A DNA stretch of 64,000 nt from Amphiscolops sp. MND2022. Lineage: Eukaryota. The position numbers were made by a program, and so were the translations under genes. The first letter of the stretch is position 1, and each line of letters begins with the position of its first letter. The DNA lies in NCBI GenBank assembly GCA_964187785.1, contig OZ076409.1, forward strand, positions 80,538,001 to 80,602,000. The letters run 5' to 3'. Under the pieces are notes generated by a model. The model had not been told where the DNA came from and ran no database searches. It saw only the letters and a program-made list of their open reading frames with translations. Below, in pieces: positions 38,281-48,301 of the stretch.

Positions 38281-39034
38281 TGATCGAGCTATTATCTTCA
38301 GCTTGTGATCAAAGTTTAGCGGAATTATACGCTGTGAAAAGAGCAACAGAATTAAATTCGATCCAGGAAAATGAGCTGCTGAATTAATTCCACGTACACA
38401 ATTCTAATGCCGAAGCCTTGGATATATCAAACAGAGGCCCAAATGGCCTTTCTTATTGTTTCTTGACTTGTTTACCGGGAACAAACTGAAATAACGGATC
38501 CGATCCAGGTGCCCAGCAGGAGTTTTCAGCTCGAGGTTGCGACCAACCGGAGAGGTAACATCCGAGACGACGAAAACGATACGATCTGCCGCGAAAACCC
38601 TACGTATACGATTACGCCTAGGCCTAGACAATCAAAATTTTTATACCTACAAAAACAACAAAACAGCAACGCCTTCGTTTTGATAACTTTGATCCTTTCC
38701 GGTAAATTCCAACGAGGAGAGCCCTCGCCGATGCAGGATGTTACGAGTGTTTGAACAAAGAAGGTACTGCACCACAACATTCCGAAGAACAAAAAAGAGA
38801 AATTCTGCGAAACGAAGCGCATACTACGCGTTCAGTTTCACAAATGGGTAGTTCGATCCCCAATATCCACAAACAACCATGAAAACCATATCTGAAAAAC
38901 CATTATCCAAACATTCAAACCGAGGAATACCAAGACCTTTATACGATGTTTATCGAGACAATTTTCAGTTGAATTCGTAGGCCCGTTCAAACGATAGTTT
39001 AACTTTGCCCACGAACATTCCTATCAAACCAAGA

Positions 39035-39420
39035 AGATTATTTGAGAACAAAACACTTATTTTTGCGCACTTTGTTTCTTCGAACTTGTCAATGTCAGTA
39101 GGTTTCGCAACACAGTTTTTTGTTCCCTGAAGTAAAAGACGTTCGTGCAATGCAATCAAAACTACAGCCAGGATCGTTCATTGTTAATTTTTCCAGGAAA
39201 CACAACTTCTGGATCTATATTTTGGTGACGAAAGCTAACCATAGAGTAAAACCGACCTGTTCTACTTTACAAACACGTCTATGTCGCATGATAGAAAATG
39301 GGGTTGGAGAAACCAACTTACTATAGATTAGCTGTGGCCTCGATCAACCGGAAAGGAAAACTGTTTTACTATTGCTCCTTAACCTTTTTAGCAGCAGTGG
39401 AATCCAAGTTAATACTTCTC
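39035..39420 (+). pseudogene. TARG1/OARD1 (Poa1p-like) macrodomain, with one frameshift and one stop
   Basis: RLFENKTLIFAHFVSSNLSMSVGFATQF / FPEVKDVRAMQSKLQPGSFIVNFSRKHNFWIYILVTKANHRVKPTCSTLQTRLCRM..NGV...*ISCGLDQPERKTVLLLLLNLFSSSGIQV. This aligns by eye with GDLF..SLAHCISxDxxMGAGIAxxF...IYYLITK....KPTY..L..SL..M......MPRIGCGLD.L.W..V...I..VF. Confidence 0.8.
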
Positions 39421-40655
39421 TGTGCAAGTTACATTCGAATATGCAAATTGTTGATGCGCTCATCGAAGAACACAAGTCGAATGATGAGGAATCTCGAACG
39501 CTCATATACCACAAGGCAACGGCACGTAAATCATTCTTCAGAGCACGCACAGTGATGTTCGAACCAACTGGTCACCGACTGCAGAAAAAAAAACAAAAAA
39601 CAACTGGAACAAAACTTTTCTCGAAAATGACGAGGCAGGTAGTTCAACACGCTGTACGTCATTTGCGGGGGAATGGTTTACAACCGAATTTAGATGCGCC
39701 CGTTTCGCCTTGCCTTTGAGTTACTGAAGCGGTTTCATTTCAATATTTTTTTCTTTTTCACCATTTTTTCATTTCTATTGAAAAATTTGAAATAATCACC
39801 AACGATGGCGCCGTGCTGAAGGGTCAGCACTACTCGAAAAACTCTACTTCGACAACTAGCTCTCAAGTGAGAGAAAAAATACGGCCATTTTCTTGATTTC
39901 CTACTTACTGTAGCATGAAAGTCGAACGACATTTTGATGCAGAAAAGGAAAAAAACGGTCACAGGACGGGCTTTTGCATTTTTCTTTCCTCTGAAAACAG
40001 TCACACTTGGAGGTACTTTCAAACTTCATTAAAGAAAACACTTCCGTTTTTTTGACGTCCTAGTTCACAATTATGTGAACTATTGTTCGCCTCCACTCAC
40101 GGTTTTGGCAATTTTTTTAGCACTAGATGTGCAACAGCTCATTATGAAAGTGCGTGCTGTGATTCCAACACCAGTAGCTGAGCGACGCAATATTTATACA
40201 AAACAATTTCGATGAGACCAGATGCATCAACAACCTGTTTCGCTAGGCGTTCAAAATATCCGCTTTCCACTTGTCAACTCGGGCTACAATGAGATTGAAA
40301 AACTTTCGAATTTTGTGTCTCTGTTTGGTTGAGGCTTCAACAACAGCTTACTAGAATTAAGCAGACTATTTGCCTGCTTGTTCTTTGTTTTTAAACAACC
40401 ATCTTTGTCGGAAGAGTCGCGTAGCAAAAATTTTTGCATTTGCTTCAGCCCTCGCACTTTTGTCATGTCTCTGCGAAAATTTTCACATCCAGCATCGTAC
40501 TGCAAGCATTCCAAGTGTTGCTGCACAGTTGTGTTCCGATAGGAACATTTCTTAATTGTTTCCAACATCTGCCTATCTGAGCAGTACTCAAACAGATTTT
40601 ACGTTTTTTATTCCATTCCAGTAGAATAATATGAATAATATTATAACACTTGATC

Positions 40656-41932
40656 TCATCGTTTCAAGTCCTCTTCATTTTTACCCTCAAAACCGACAAC
40701 CAGTGCGTGCCCTCCGCTCAATGTTATGACGGTATGAACCCATAATGCAGACTGAATCATTAGTGAAATACAATCAGTAAAGAAAAACTTGACGCTCCGC
40801 CGCAATAGTTTCGACGGTGGTTTTGACAGACAGTCCACAAGAGCTTTTTTCGAAGTGAGAATGGACTCTAAGCGGCGCGATGCTCGTCCTCGTCTTGCAA
40901 TGATCATCAGTTTTCCACCGATTGGAACAACCGTTATACTGTCATCGCACCCTGTTTCAACATGTCCTGCAGTGAGCCAAATTCCAAATGATATAATACC
41001 GTCAAACTTTGTCAGAGTCAAACATTTGAGCATCTCCATGTCAACAAGCCCTTCCAAACTGAAGGAATATGCATTCGAGTTCAAATTCTAAGTGATGTCG
41101 GGTTTTTCAATACAGTTGTATAGCTGCTGTTGGAAATCATGAAGTTCTTTCCAATATTGATGACAAAACGTAGTCTTCTTGTGAGTTAGGTTTCTCACAA
41201 AACAATGAATCAACTCTAAAAAACTGTAGTTTTATTGGATAGGATTTTTCTCGTTCAAGACAGACAGACAAACCCGCCGTCACAACTTGCCCTTCATCGT
41301 ATCGCGATTGACTCCCCGTGTTTTCTATATTGTACCCTTCTGGGTAAAGTTTACAGGCATTCTCAAATCATGTCAGCTAGACTGCATTTTCCGCAGCAAA
41401 ATCATTACGACAGATACTGAACATTTTGAGAGGGAGCTGTTTCTCAATTTTAAGCCAGTGTTAGTCCAAATGCCAAATTGATCTTCAATATCATCAACAA
41501 TTTTTGACATCATCAAGCAGATGCTCATAGTTTTACGCGGAGATTTACTCGAAGACAATTGCGATGATCGAAGAAAATTGAATTCGCCTACTACTACTCC
41601 ACTAAAAACAAAATTGAATCAAATTCATTCTTTACATTAACACTGAGCTCTTCGGTAGAACCGCTTGACGATTGGAGCCTTTTTTCCCGAGCACCAGTAG
41701 CATGACCAGTAATATTGGCAGATGCAACATAATCCAGGTATCGTCTTGTTGTACACGAGCTTCCTGTGGTACACCGATTGTCTGTTGACATGCCTTGATG
41801 ACAACATTGATACATGCCTTTCGGAAACAACAGAGAACTATCTCTCCATTGATGCTCTGGTAAAAGCACATATTTCACAAACGATTTCGTGAAAAACTCG
41901 AACATAAATTCCACATCACGTTCCAAAAGCAC
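40656..41932 (-). pseudogene. Antisense accessory ORF remnants inside element B (41594-41932 Cys-rich; 40656-41558 one frame with 5 internal stops)
   Basis: The frame from 41558 to 40656 stays in register (stops at about 41373, 41325, 41280, 41232, 41088) and includes a 142-codon open stretch. ORF 41594-41932 has YQCCHQGMSTDNRCTTGSSCTTRRY. No family recognised. Confidence 0.4.
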
Positions 41933-42129
41933 ACATCAAACGTCAGGAAATGAAAACTTACAAATCATCTAAGTGTTTTCCCCATTCAGGTTTTTCTCTT
42001 TGTCCCGCCCAAAACAAACGAAAGTCATGAATTTATTACCACGTTCTTTTTGAGTCCTTTCAATCCTCGTAGTGTTAGTCTACCCGAATGCCTGAAAATC
42101 CGTCATAGGTGCCGATCAGGACTCCGGAG

Positions 42130-43160
42130 CTAATCTTGCCAATGGTGTTAATTTCAAACGCGTTCCGAAAATCTTGTTATCTGAGAAGTTTTTAAACGTC
42201 TATTTTCTAGTCACCTTTCCAGAAATTTAGATGAACGTGAGTGCCGAAAAGGTCTTCTACATTACCAAACTTGCCCCCTATGGAGCTCTACAAGCTGGCA
42301 GCGTCATCTTGATTGTTCTTCGATTTTTCAGAAATACGATTCCACCTTCGACATCGTTTGGCGCATTCGTCAAGTTGAGAACGATGCCACACTCGCTGAA
42401 AAACAGCTAGAAGCTCTTCGCATCTTCAGGTCTTCATTCTTGAATACAAAAAACGACGCTGCTCAAGCACGAAGACGGAATCCGAGGGCAACGCCACTCG
42501 CCGTGATGGCGCTAGCGTCTGTGGTACTTTCCGGATCTGGAATCATTTGGCGAATGTGGCCTCCAAGGTCGTTTGGGATCATGCCATGACCGCTCCAAAG
42601 CAAATGCTGAAAATTTTTAAAAGCTTGCAGAATTAAAATAGAGCTTAACACAAGATGATTTCAAGTTACGAAAAGAAGTGAATGAGAAATTGTTTATGGT
42701 TACAGCGGAATTAGACGCCCTAAAGTCCTCTCAAGGAAATGGTGGAAGTCCAAAATCGTAACTGGAAGTTTATCGCGGAACGCTTTGAAGTCTTTCAGCA
42801 TAATATTCACGTATTAAAATATTGTGATCAATTTTTGTTCACCATGCATCAGATTAACCTCAAATATGACACAATTTCCTCCTTTCTCGCTTTAACATTT
42901 GCAAACATCTAAAGCTATCGAGGCGCTTTCCTAACCGACAAAAACAATATGATGGATTCAATTCAGCCTACCTTGAATCAATGTTTGCCGTTGTCATTAG
43001 TCCCCAGAGCAGCACTTCTACTTATACTAGACGCCGTTGCTTTGAGCAATGGCGAAACTCCGACAAGCTTTCACTGGCAATCCCAATGGACAATATTTTT
43101 ATTATGAGTCGCGATTGCTTCGCGACGTTCTAGTTGTTGAACAAGGATCATGCGCATTGC
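42130..43160 (+). pseudogene. env: Envelope-like protein with furin-type site, fusion-peptide-like segment and heptad region (class-I-like); decayed and truncated
   Basis: GVNFKRVPKILLSEKFLNVYFLVTFP...AQARRRNPR|ATPLAVMALASVVLSGSGII (42470-42545), GECGLQGRLGSCHDRSKANAENF, LRKEVNEKLFMVTAELDALK, EVQNRNWKFIAERFEVFQHNIHVLKYCDQ...LPLSLVPR...LSLAIPMDNIF/YYESRLLRDVLVVEQG. Confidence 0.7.
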
Positions 43161-43430
43161 ATTTCTGTTTGCTACAAATGTTTCAGCGTTTATTGTCTCA
43201 CGTGCCATTGCAGTGCACATCCCCCAGCCTGAAAAAATTTCAGAAATTATATGGAAGTTGGAGGCGCCGTACCCAGCTAGTAGTGTACGCCTTTGATCTA
43301 ATTGCTTGGGTCTAATGGAATTAGATCTAACTGTTAGGTCTAACTTTCTGATTTAATTTTATCTAAAATACTTAGGTCTAACCCCTTTATGATCTAATAT
43401 GTTTTCTGAAAGCGAAAATTTAATGTGGGG

Positions 43431-43608
43431 CATATGCGATGTATGCACGCTCGCCCTCACCGTCGCAAAGACCAGCTCCCACTACGATCGCTTCGCGATC
43501 TCCGTTCCCGCTAGGTCTTTGCTCCTGTTCGACCTCGCTTAGCCAGATGGGAATATAAGCGGCCCCAAGGGGCAGCGGGGCACAAGAGGAAATGGAGACA
43601 TATCCGAG
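43431..43608 (-). repeat. GC-rich hairpin module, inverted copy (about 90%) of 44255-44432, embedded in an AT-rich TAGATCT/GATCTAA-repeat tract (about 43290-43760)
   Basis: The reverse complement matches 44255-44432. The ORF track shows the paired translations 43420-43611(-) and 44237-44443(+). Confidence 0.9.
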
Positions 43609-44037
43609 CACGTTTTATACGTTGTATCACTTTTTAGTTTTAGATCCTAATTGATTTTTTTTTCTCAAATTAGATCAACTTAGAAGAGATTTTTAGACCT
43701 GAATAATTAGATCAATTTATTTAGATCTCAGTTTTGCCCCCTCTCTTAGATCTATTTCATTAAACCTGATTCTACGTAGCCCTCGTTACCACAGTGGCAC
43801 GTGTGCGCAACACAGATGTTGGCACCGAGACGCAAACCAATTGAATTTCGAAGTTGTTGATCATCAAGTTTCAGGCCTAGGTTCTTGCAAGGAACGACGT
43901 TCAGCCATTGAGACCCGATTTTACCTTGATGAGCGTGAAACGATCATGATTTCTGTTTGGCCACCCTCTTTTTCAAAGAGATCGTAGCGGCACTAAAAGT
44001 TTGCGAAACCGAGCAAGTAGTATTACCAGCGGTAAAT

Positions 44038-44170
44038 GGTCACTTGGCTTAATGCCATTTGGCTTAAAGTCATTTGGCCTAATACATTTGGTCACTTGGC
44101 TTAATTTTTTTAAGCTAAGTGTTTCGGGTATTGGTCACTTGGCTTAAAGTCATTTGACTTAATACCACTT
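44038..44170. repeat. Short tandem repeat (about 15-16 bp, GGTCACTTGGCTTAA variants)
   Basis: GGTCACTTGGCTTAA, GCCATTTGGCTTAA, GTCATTTGGCCTAA, GGTCACTTGGCTTAA (twice more), GTCATTTGACTTAA. Confidence 0.85.
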
Positions 44171-44173
44171 AGT

Positions 44174-44709
44174 TGAAAACACGTGGCAGATTTTGTCGAA
44201 TTTATCTTTATAACGTAGTCAGCGTATTATTATAACATGTCATATCAAGTACCCCTCGGATATGTCCCCTTTTCCTCTAGTGCCCTGCGGCCCCTTGGGG
44301 CCGCTTATATTCCCATCTTGCTAAGCGAGGTCGAACAAGAGCACAGACCTAGCGGGAACGAAGATCGCGAAGCGATCGTAGTGGGAGCTGGTCTTTGCGA
44401 CGGTGAGGGCGAGCGTGCATACCCTGCATATGGGTGGCTGTAAATACGTCGAATTTTTCTGGTCGAAAGGACCAAGGTCGAATCTTTTGATCGAATTACA
44501 GAGATCGAATGGAATGCGGTCGTCTTTTATCGTATTTGTTGTATGGCTCGGTCGCTTCGCTCCCTTCGCCAAGTAGCAACATTGAGGCATGGCCAAATGG
44601 CACGTCGCTCCGCTTCGATTCGCTCCTGCATTTAGGGCACTAGGGGGTATGTGAACATATCTGAATACGTTATAATAATAATTCCGACAAAATCTGACAC
44701 GTGTTTTCA
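44174..44709. mobile_element. MITE-like element with about 50-bp imperfect terminal inverted repeats; TSD not resolved
   Basis: TGAAAACACGTG[G/T]CAGATTTTGTCG(G)AATT..T..TTATAACGTA[G/T]TCAG at 44174-44222 and inverted at 44662-44709. Confidence 0.7.
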
Positions 44710-44962
44710 TCATAGTGAATTCATTTCGATTTGAAATTTCAGCCAATCAGATTGCAGCATAAAGAAATATTCTGCTGAATGGAACCGAATTTTCATTTTC
44801 TGCTGTATGAGACTTCTGCTGTGAGGGAATTCCTCTGTTTGATTACGTACGCTTCTACCGCCTATACGTTGTTTGAATCGGACAGAGTTAACTACTTCTT
44901 CCGGCATTGTGAAATATCCCAGATGTTGTATTTGCATCGTTACACTGAAATGCGGTTAACAA

Positions 44963-46057
44963 TTGTCAGGCTACCATATCATTATCAGATCTGATTTGAG
45001 CACTTGTGAGAAAACTGCGACAGCTAGCAATGAAAATGTTGCCTTGTTATCCAAAGGAACTCTTGCGAAAAGTTCCGCGCGTAAACCTGAAAAGTTTAAT
45101 GGAAAGTGTAGGCGTTGCGGTAAAAGTGGACATGAACAAGCCACTTGTAGAGTATCCCAGTGTAACTTTTGCAGGCGTTTTGGCCATGAAGAGAATAAAT
45201 GTTTCAAGAAAAACCCTCTTTTGAACCCTAAGTCAAGTGCTGAGACAGGAGAGTCAAACCTAGCTGAGGACTTAGTTTTCTTTTGCGATGGTAGTGAGAC
45301 TGCACTCACTAGCCAAAATTGCGAGGTGAAGGAGCACACTTTGGTCATTGACTCTGGTGCTTCCTCGCATATGTTTTTTGACCGTTCCCTGTTCTTCGAC
45401 TTTAGCGAAGAAACACAACGCAAAGTAAAAAATGCGAATGGGATTTTTTCGCAAGTTGAGGGTGTTGGAAACGTTTCTCTTTTACTTTTGGACAAAGAAG
45501 GGATCGAACGCTGTGTGACAGTTTCCGACTGTCTTTTTCTTCCTGATCATTCTCATAACTTGATCAGCGTTAGCAAGTTGAGACAAAACGGGGCTCAAGT
45601 GAATTTCGGAAAGTCTCTGAGCATTTTTGTCAATGAAAGAGCAACTATTCCTTTTGAAGAGCACGCTAATCTTTACGTTTTGAAAGGAAAGACATTTGAT
45701 TTTTGCTCTTTTTCCGGCGAAAACGAAGAAGCGGTGTTGTGGCATCATCGCCTTGGTCACAACAATTTCAAAAATGTGAAACGTTTGGCTCATCATGTTT
45801 CGGGTTTGAGCTTGAAACACAGTGCTTTTGATAAACTTTGTTGTTGTGAAGTTTGCAAAATTTTAAGTCACGACGGCAACCAGTATCGCGAAAAAAGGAG
45901 AAACGAAAATCTTCGAAAATTGATCTCGTCTTCACTGACATTTTGGGACCGATGCCAACTACTTCGCTTGGTGGCAATCGATACGCTATTTCTTTTACGG
46001 ACAACTACAGCAGGTACTCAGCGGTATATTTCCTCAAATCGAAAGAGGAGTGCCTAG
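44963..46057 (+). CDS. gag-pol: Copia gag C-terminus (two CCHC knuckles), protease and pre-integrase region; homology starts at about 44995
   Basis: CRRCGKSGHEQATC, CNFCRRFGHEENKC, LVIDSGASSHM, LWHHRLGH...CEVC. The integrase continues in another frame after ...TGCAAAATTTTAAG. Confidence 0.9.
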   Translation: MSGYHIIIRSDLSTCEKTATASNENVALLSKGTLAKSSARKPEKFNGKCRRCGKSGHEQATCRVSQCNFCRRFGHEENKCFKKNPLLNPKSSAETGESNLAEDLVFFCDGSETALTSQNCEVKEHTLVIDSGASSHMFFDRSLFFDFSEETQRKVKNANGIFSQVEGVGNVSLLLLDKEGIERCVTVSDCLFLPDHSHNLISVSKLRQNGAQVNFGKSLSIFVNERATIPFEEHANLYVLKGKTFDFCSFSGENEEAVLWHHRLGHNNFKNVKRLAHHVSGLSLKHSAFDKLCCCEVCKILSHDGNQYREKRRNENLRKLISSSLTFWDRCQLLRLVAIDTLFLLRTTTAGTQRYISSNRKRSA

Positions 46058-48301
46058 ATAAATTCAAAGTTTTTTGTGCGCAAGTGGGAACGCCCAGAGC
46101 AATCCGTTCTGATAATGGGAAAGAGTACATTTCCAAGTCTTTTCGAAGTTTTTGTATATCAAACCGAATCAAACGTGAGCATACTGCCCCTTATTCGCCT
46201 CATCAAAATGGTGTGAGCGAACGTCGCTGGCGAACAACAGTTGAAATGGCTCGCTGCATGCTAAAAACAGCAAAACTTGGCAATGAATTCTGGGATCGGG
46301 CCTTACACACTGCTTTTTACATTTCAAACCGTTGCCTCACAGTTAGTTTACCAAAAGGTAAAACGCCCTTCGAAATGTTTTTTGGTAAAAAACCAGATCT
46401 TTCCAACTTGAAAGTTTTTGGATGTACTGCTTTCAAACACATTGAAACGCATCAAGACAAACTTTCCAATAAAGCCACCAAAGAAGTTTTCGTTGGTTGT
46501 TCTGAGGATTCCGAAGCAAAAATTTTGTACAATCCTTATTCTAAAAAGACTTCGTTTTCTCGCAACGTCTCCTTTGATGAGACTTCTTTCGACTTTTTTG
46601 CTGCGCACCCAAGTCAAAACATCCGAGCATTTGTAACCGAAAAACCGGCACCGAAACAAGTTTTGACTGAAACACAGAAACATTTTTGCGAAAAGTCTTC
46701 AGTTCCTATTTTACCGACTGAAACATTGAATGATTTCAGGCGTTTTGGCCATGAAGAGAATAAATGTTTCAAGAAAAACCCTCTTTTGAACCCTAAGTCA
46801 AGTGCTGAGACAGGAGAGTCAAACCTAGCTGAGGACTTAGTTTTCTTTTGCGATGGTAGTGAGACTGCACTCACTAGCCAAAATTGCGAGGTGAAGGAGC
46901 ACACTTTGGTCATTGACTCTGGTGCTTCCTCGCATATGTTTTTTGACCGTTCCCTGTTCTTCGACTTTAGCGAAGAAACACAACGCAAAGTAAAAAATGC
47001 GAATGGGATTTTTTCGCAAGTTGAGGGTGTTGGAAACGTTTCTCTTTTACTTTTGGACAAAGAAGGGATCGAACGCTGTGTGACAGTTTCCGACTGTCTT
47101 TTTCTTCCTGATCATTCTCATAACTTGATCAGCGTTAGCAAGTTGAGACAAAACGGGGCTCAAGTGAATTTCGGAAAGTCTCTGAGCATTTTTGTCAATG
47201 AAAGAGCAACTATTCCTTTTGAAGAGCACGCTAATCTTTACGTTTTGAAAGGAAAGACATTTGATTTTTGCTCTTTTTCCGGCGAAAACGAAGAAGCGGT
47301 GTTGTGGCATCATCGCCTTGGTCACAACAATTTCAAAAATGTGAAACGTTTGGCTCATCATGTTTCGGGTTTGAGTTTGAAACACAGTGCTTTTGATAAA
47401 CTTTGTTGTTGTGAAGTTTGCAAAATTTTAAGTCACGACGGCAACCAGTATCGCGAAAAAAGGAGAAACGAAAATCTTCGAAACTTGATCTCGTCTTCAC
47501 TGACATTTTGGGACCGATGCCAACTACTTCGCTTGGTGGCAATCGATACGCTATTTCTTTCACGGACAGCTACAGCAGGTACTCAGCGGTATATTTCCTC
47601 AAATCGAAAGAGGAGTGCCTAGATAAATTCAAAGTTTTTTGTGCGCAAGTGGGAACGCCCAGAGCAATCCGTTCTGATAATGGGAAAGAGTACATTTCCA
47701 AGTCTTTTCGAAGTTTTTGTATATCAAACCGAATCAAACGTGAGCATACTGCCCCTTATTCGCCTCATCAAAATGGTGTGAGCGAACGTCGCTGGCGAAC
47801 AACAGTTGAAATGGCTCGCTGCATGCTAAAAACAGCAAAACTTGGCAATGAATTCTGGGATCGGGCCTTACACACTGCTTTTTACATTTCAAACCGTTGC
47901 CTCACAGTTAGTTTACCAAAAGGTAAAACGCCCTTCGAAATGTTTTTTGGTAAAAAACCCGATCTTTCCAAATTGAAAGTTTTTGGATGTACTGCTTTCA
48001 AACACATTGAAACGCATCAAGACAAACTTTCCAATAAAGCCACCAAAGAAGTTTTCGTTGGTTGTTCTGAGGATTCCGAAGCAAAAATTTTGTACAATCC
48101 TTATTCTAAAAAGACTTCGTTTTCTCGCAACGTCTCTTTTGATGAGACTTCTTTCGACTTTTTTGCTGCGCACCCAAGTCAAAACATCCGAGCATTTGTA
48201 ACCGAAAAACCGGCACCGAAACAAGTTTTGACTGAAACACAGAAACATTTTTGCGAAAAGTCTTCAGTTCCTATTTTACCGACTGAAACATTGAATGATT
48301 T
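45172..48301. repeat. Internal tandem duplication, 2 x 1,565 bp (45172-46736 / 46737-48301)
   Basis: Junction TGAATGATTT|CAGGCGTTTTGG at 46736/46737; ORF offsets of 1565 (45853/47418); 7 substitutions counted between the copies. Confidence 0.97.
45853..47622 (+). CDS. Chimeric ORF created by the duplication: integrase fused in frame back to gag knuckle and protease
   Basis: IN core (FTD, SDNG, VSER) runs into ETLNDF|RRFGHEENKC...IDSGAS...LWHHRLGH. Confidence 0.85.
   Translation: MQNFKSRRQPVSRKKEKRKSSKIDLVFTDILGPMPTTSLGGNRYAISFTDNYSRYSAVYFLKSKEECLDKFKVFCAQVGTPRAIRSDNGKEYISKSFRSFCISNRIKREHTAPYSPHQNGVSERRWRTTVEMARCMLKTAKLGNEFWDRALHTAFYISNRCLTVSLPKGKTPFEMFFGKKPDLSNLKVFGCTAFKHIETHQDKLSNKATKEVFVGCSEDSEAKILYNPYSKKTSFSRNVSFDETSFDFFAAHPSQNIRAFVTEKPAPKQVLTETQKHFCEKSSVPILPTETLNDFRRFGHEENKCFKKNPLLNPKSSAETGESNLAEDLVFFCDGSETALTSQNCEVKEHTLVIDSGASSHMFFDRSLFFDFSEETQRKVKNANGIFSQVEGVGNVSLLLLDKEGIERCVTVSDCLFLPDHSHNLISVSKLRQNGAQVNFGKSLSIFVNERATIPFEEHANLYVLKGKTFDFCSFSGENEEAVLWHHRLGHNNFKNVKRLAHHVSGLSLKHSAFDKLCCCEVCKILSHDGNQYREKRRNENLRNLISSSLTFWDRCQLLRLVAIDTLFLSRTATAGTQRYISSNRKRSA

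Larger units (their letters stand above)
34100..43200 (+). mobile_element. Ty3/Gypsy LTR retroelement B, env-bearing, decayed; LTRs not found
   Basis: Plus-strand order gag - PR (DTGA) - RT (FIDD) - RNase H - [IN core not found] - macrodomain - accessory region - env-like. Confidence 0.8.

Noticed and set aside
43431-44432. Self-cleaving ribozyme in the hairpin module
   Set aside because: No hammerhead core (CTGATGA...GAAA) or recognisable HDV-like pseudoknot was seen by eye.
45850-45870. Programmed -1 frameshift in the Copia element (AAAATTTT)
   Set aside because: The run is not in X XXY YYZ register with the upstream frame, and Copia does not normally frameshift between the zinc-binding region and the integrase core. 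A 1-nt deletion or homopolymer error is simpler.
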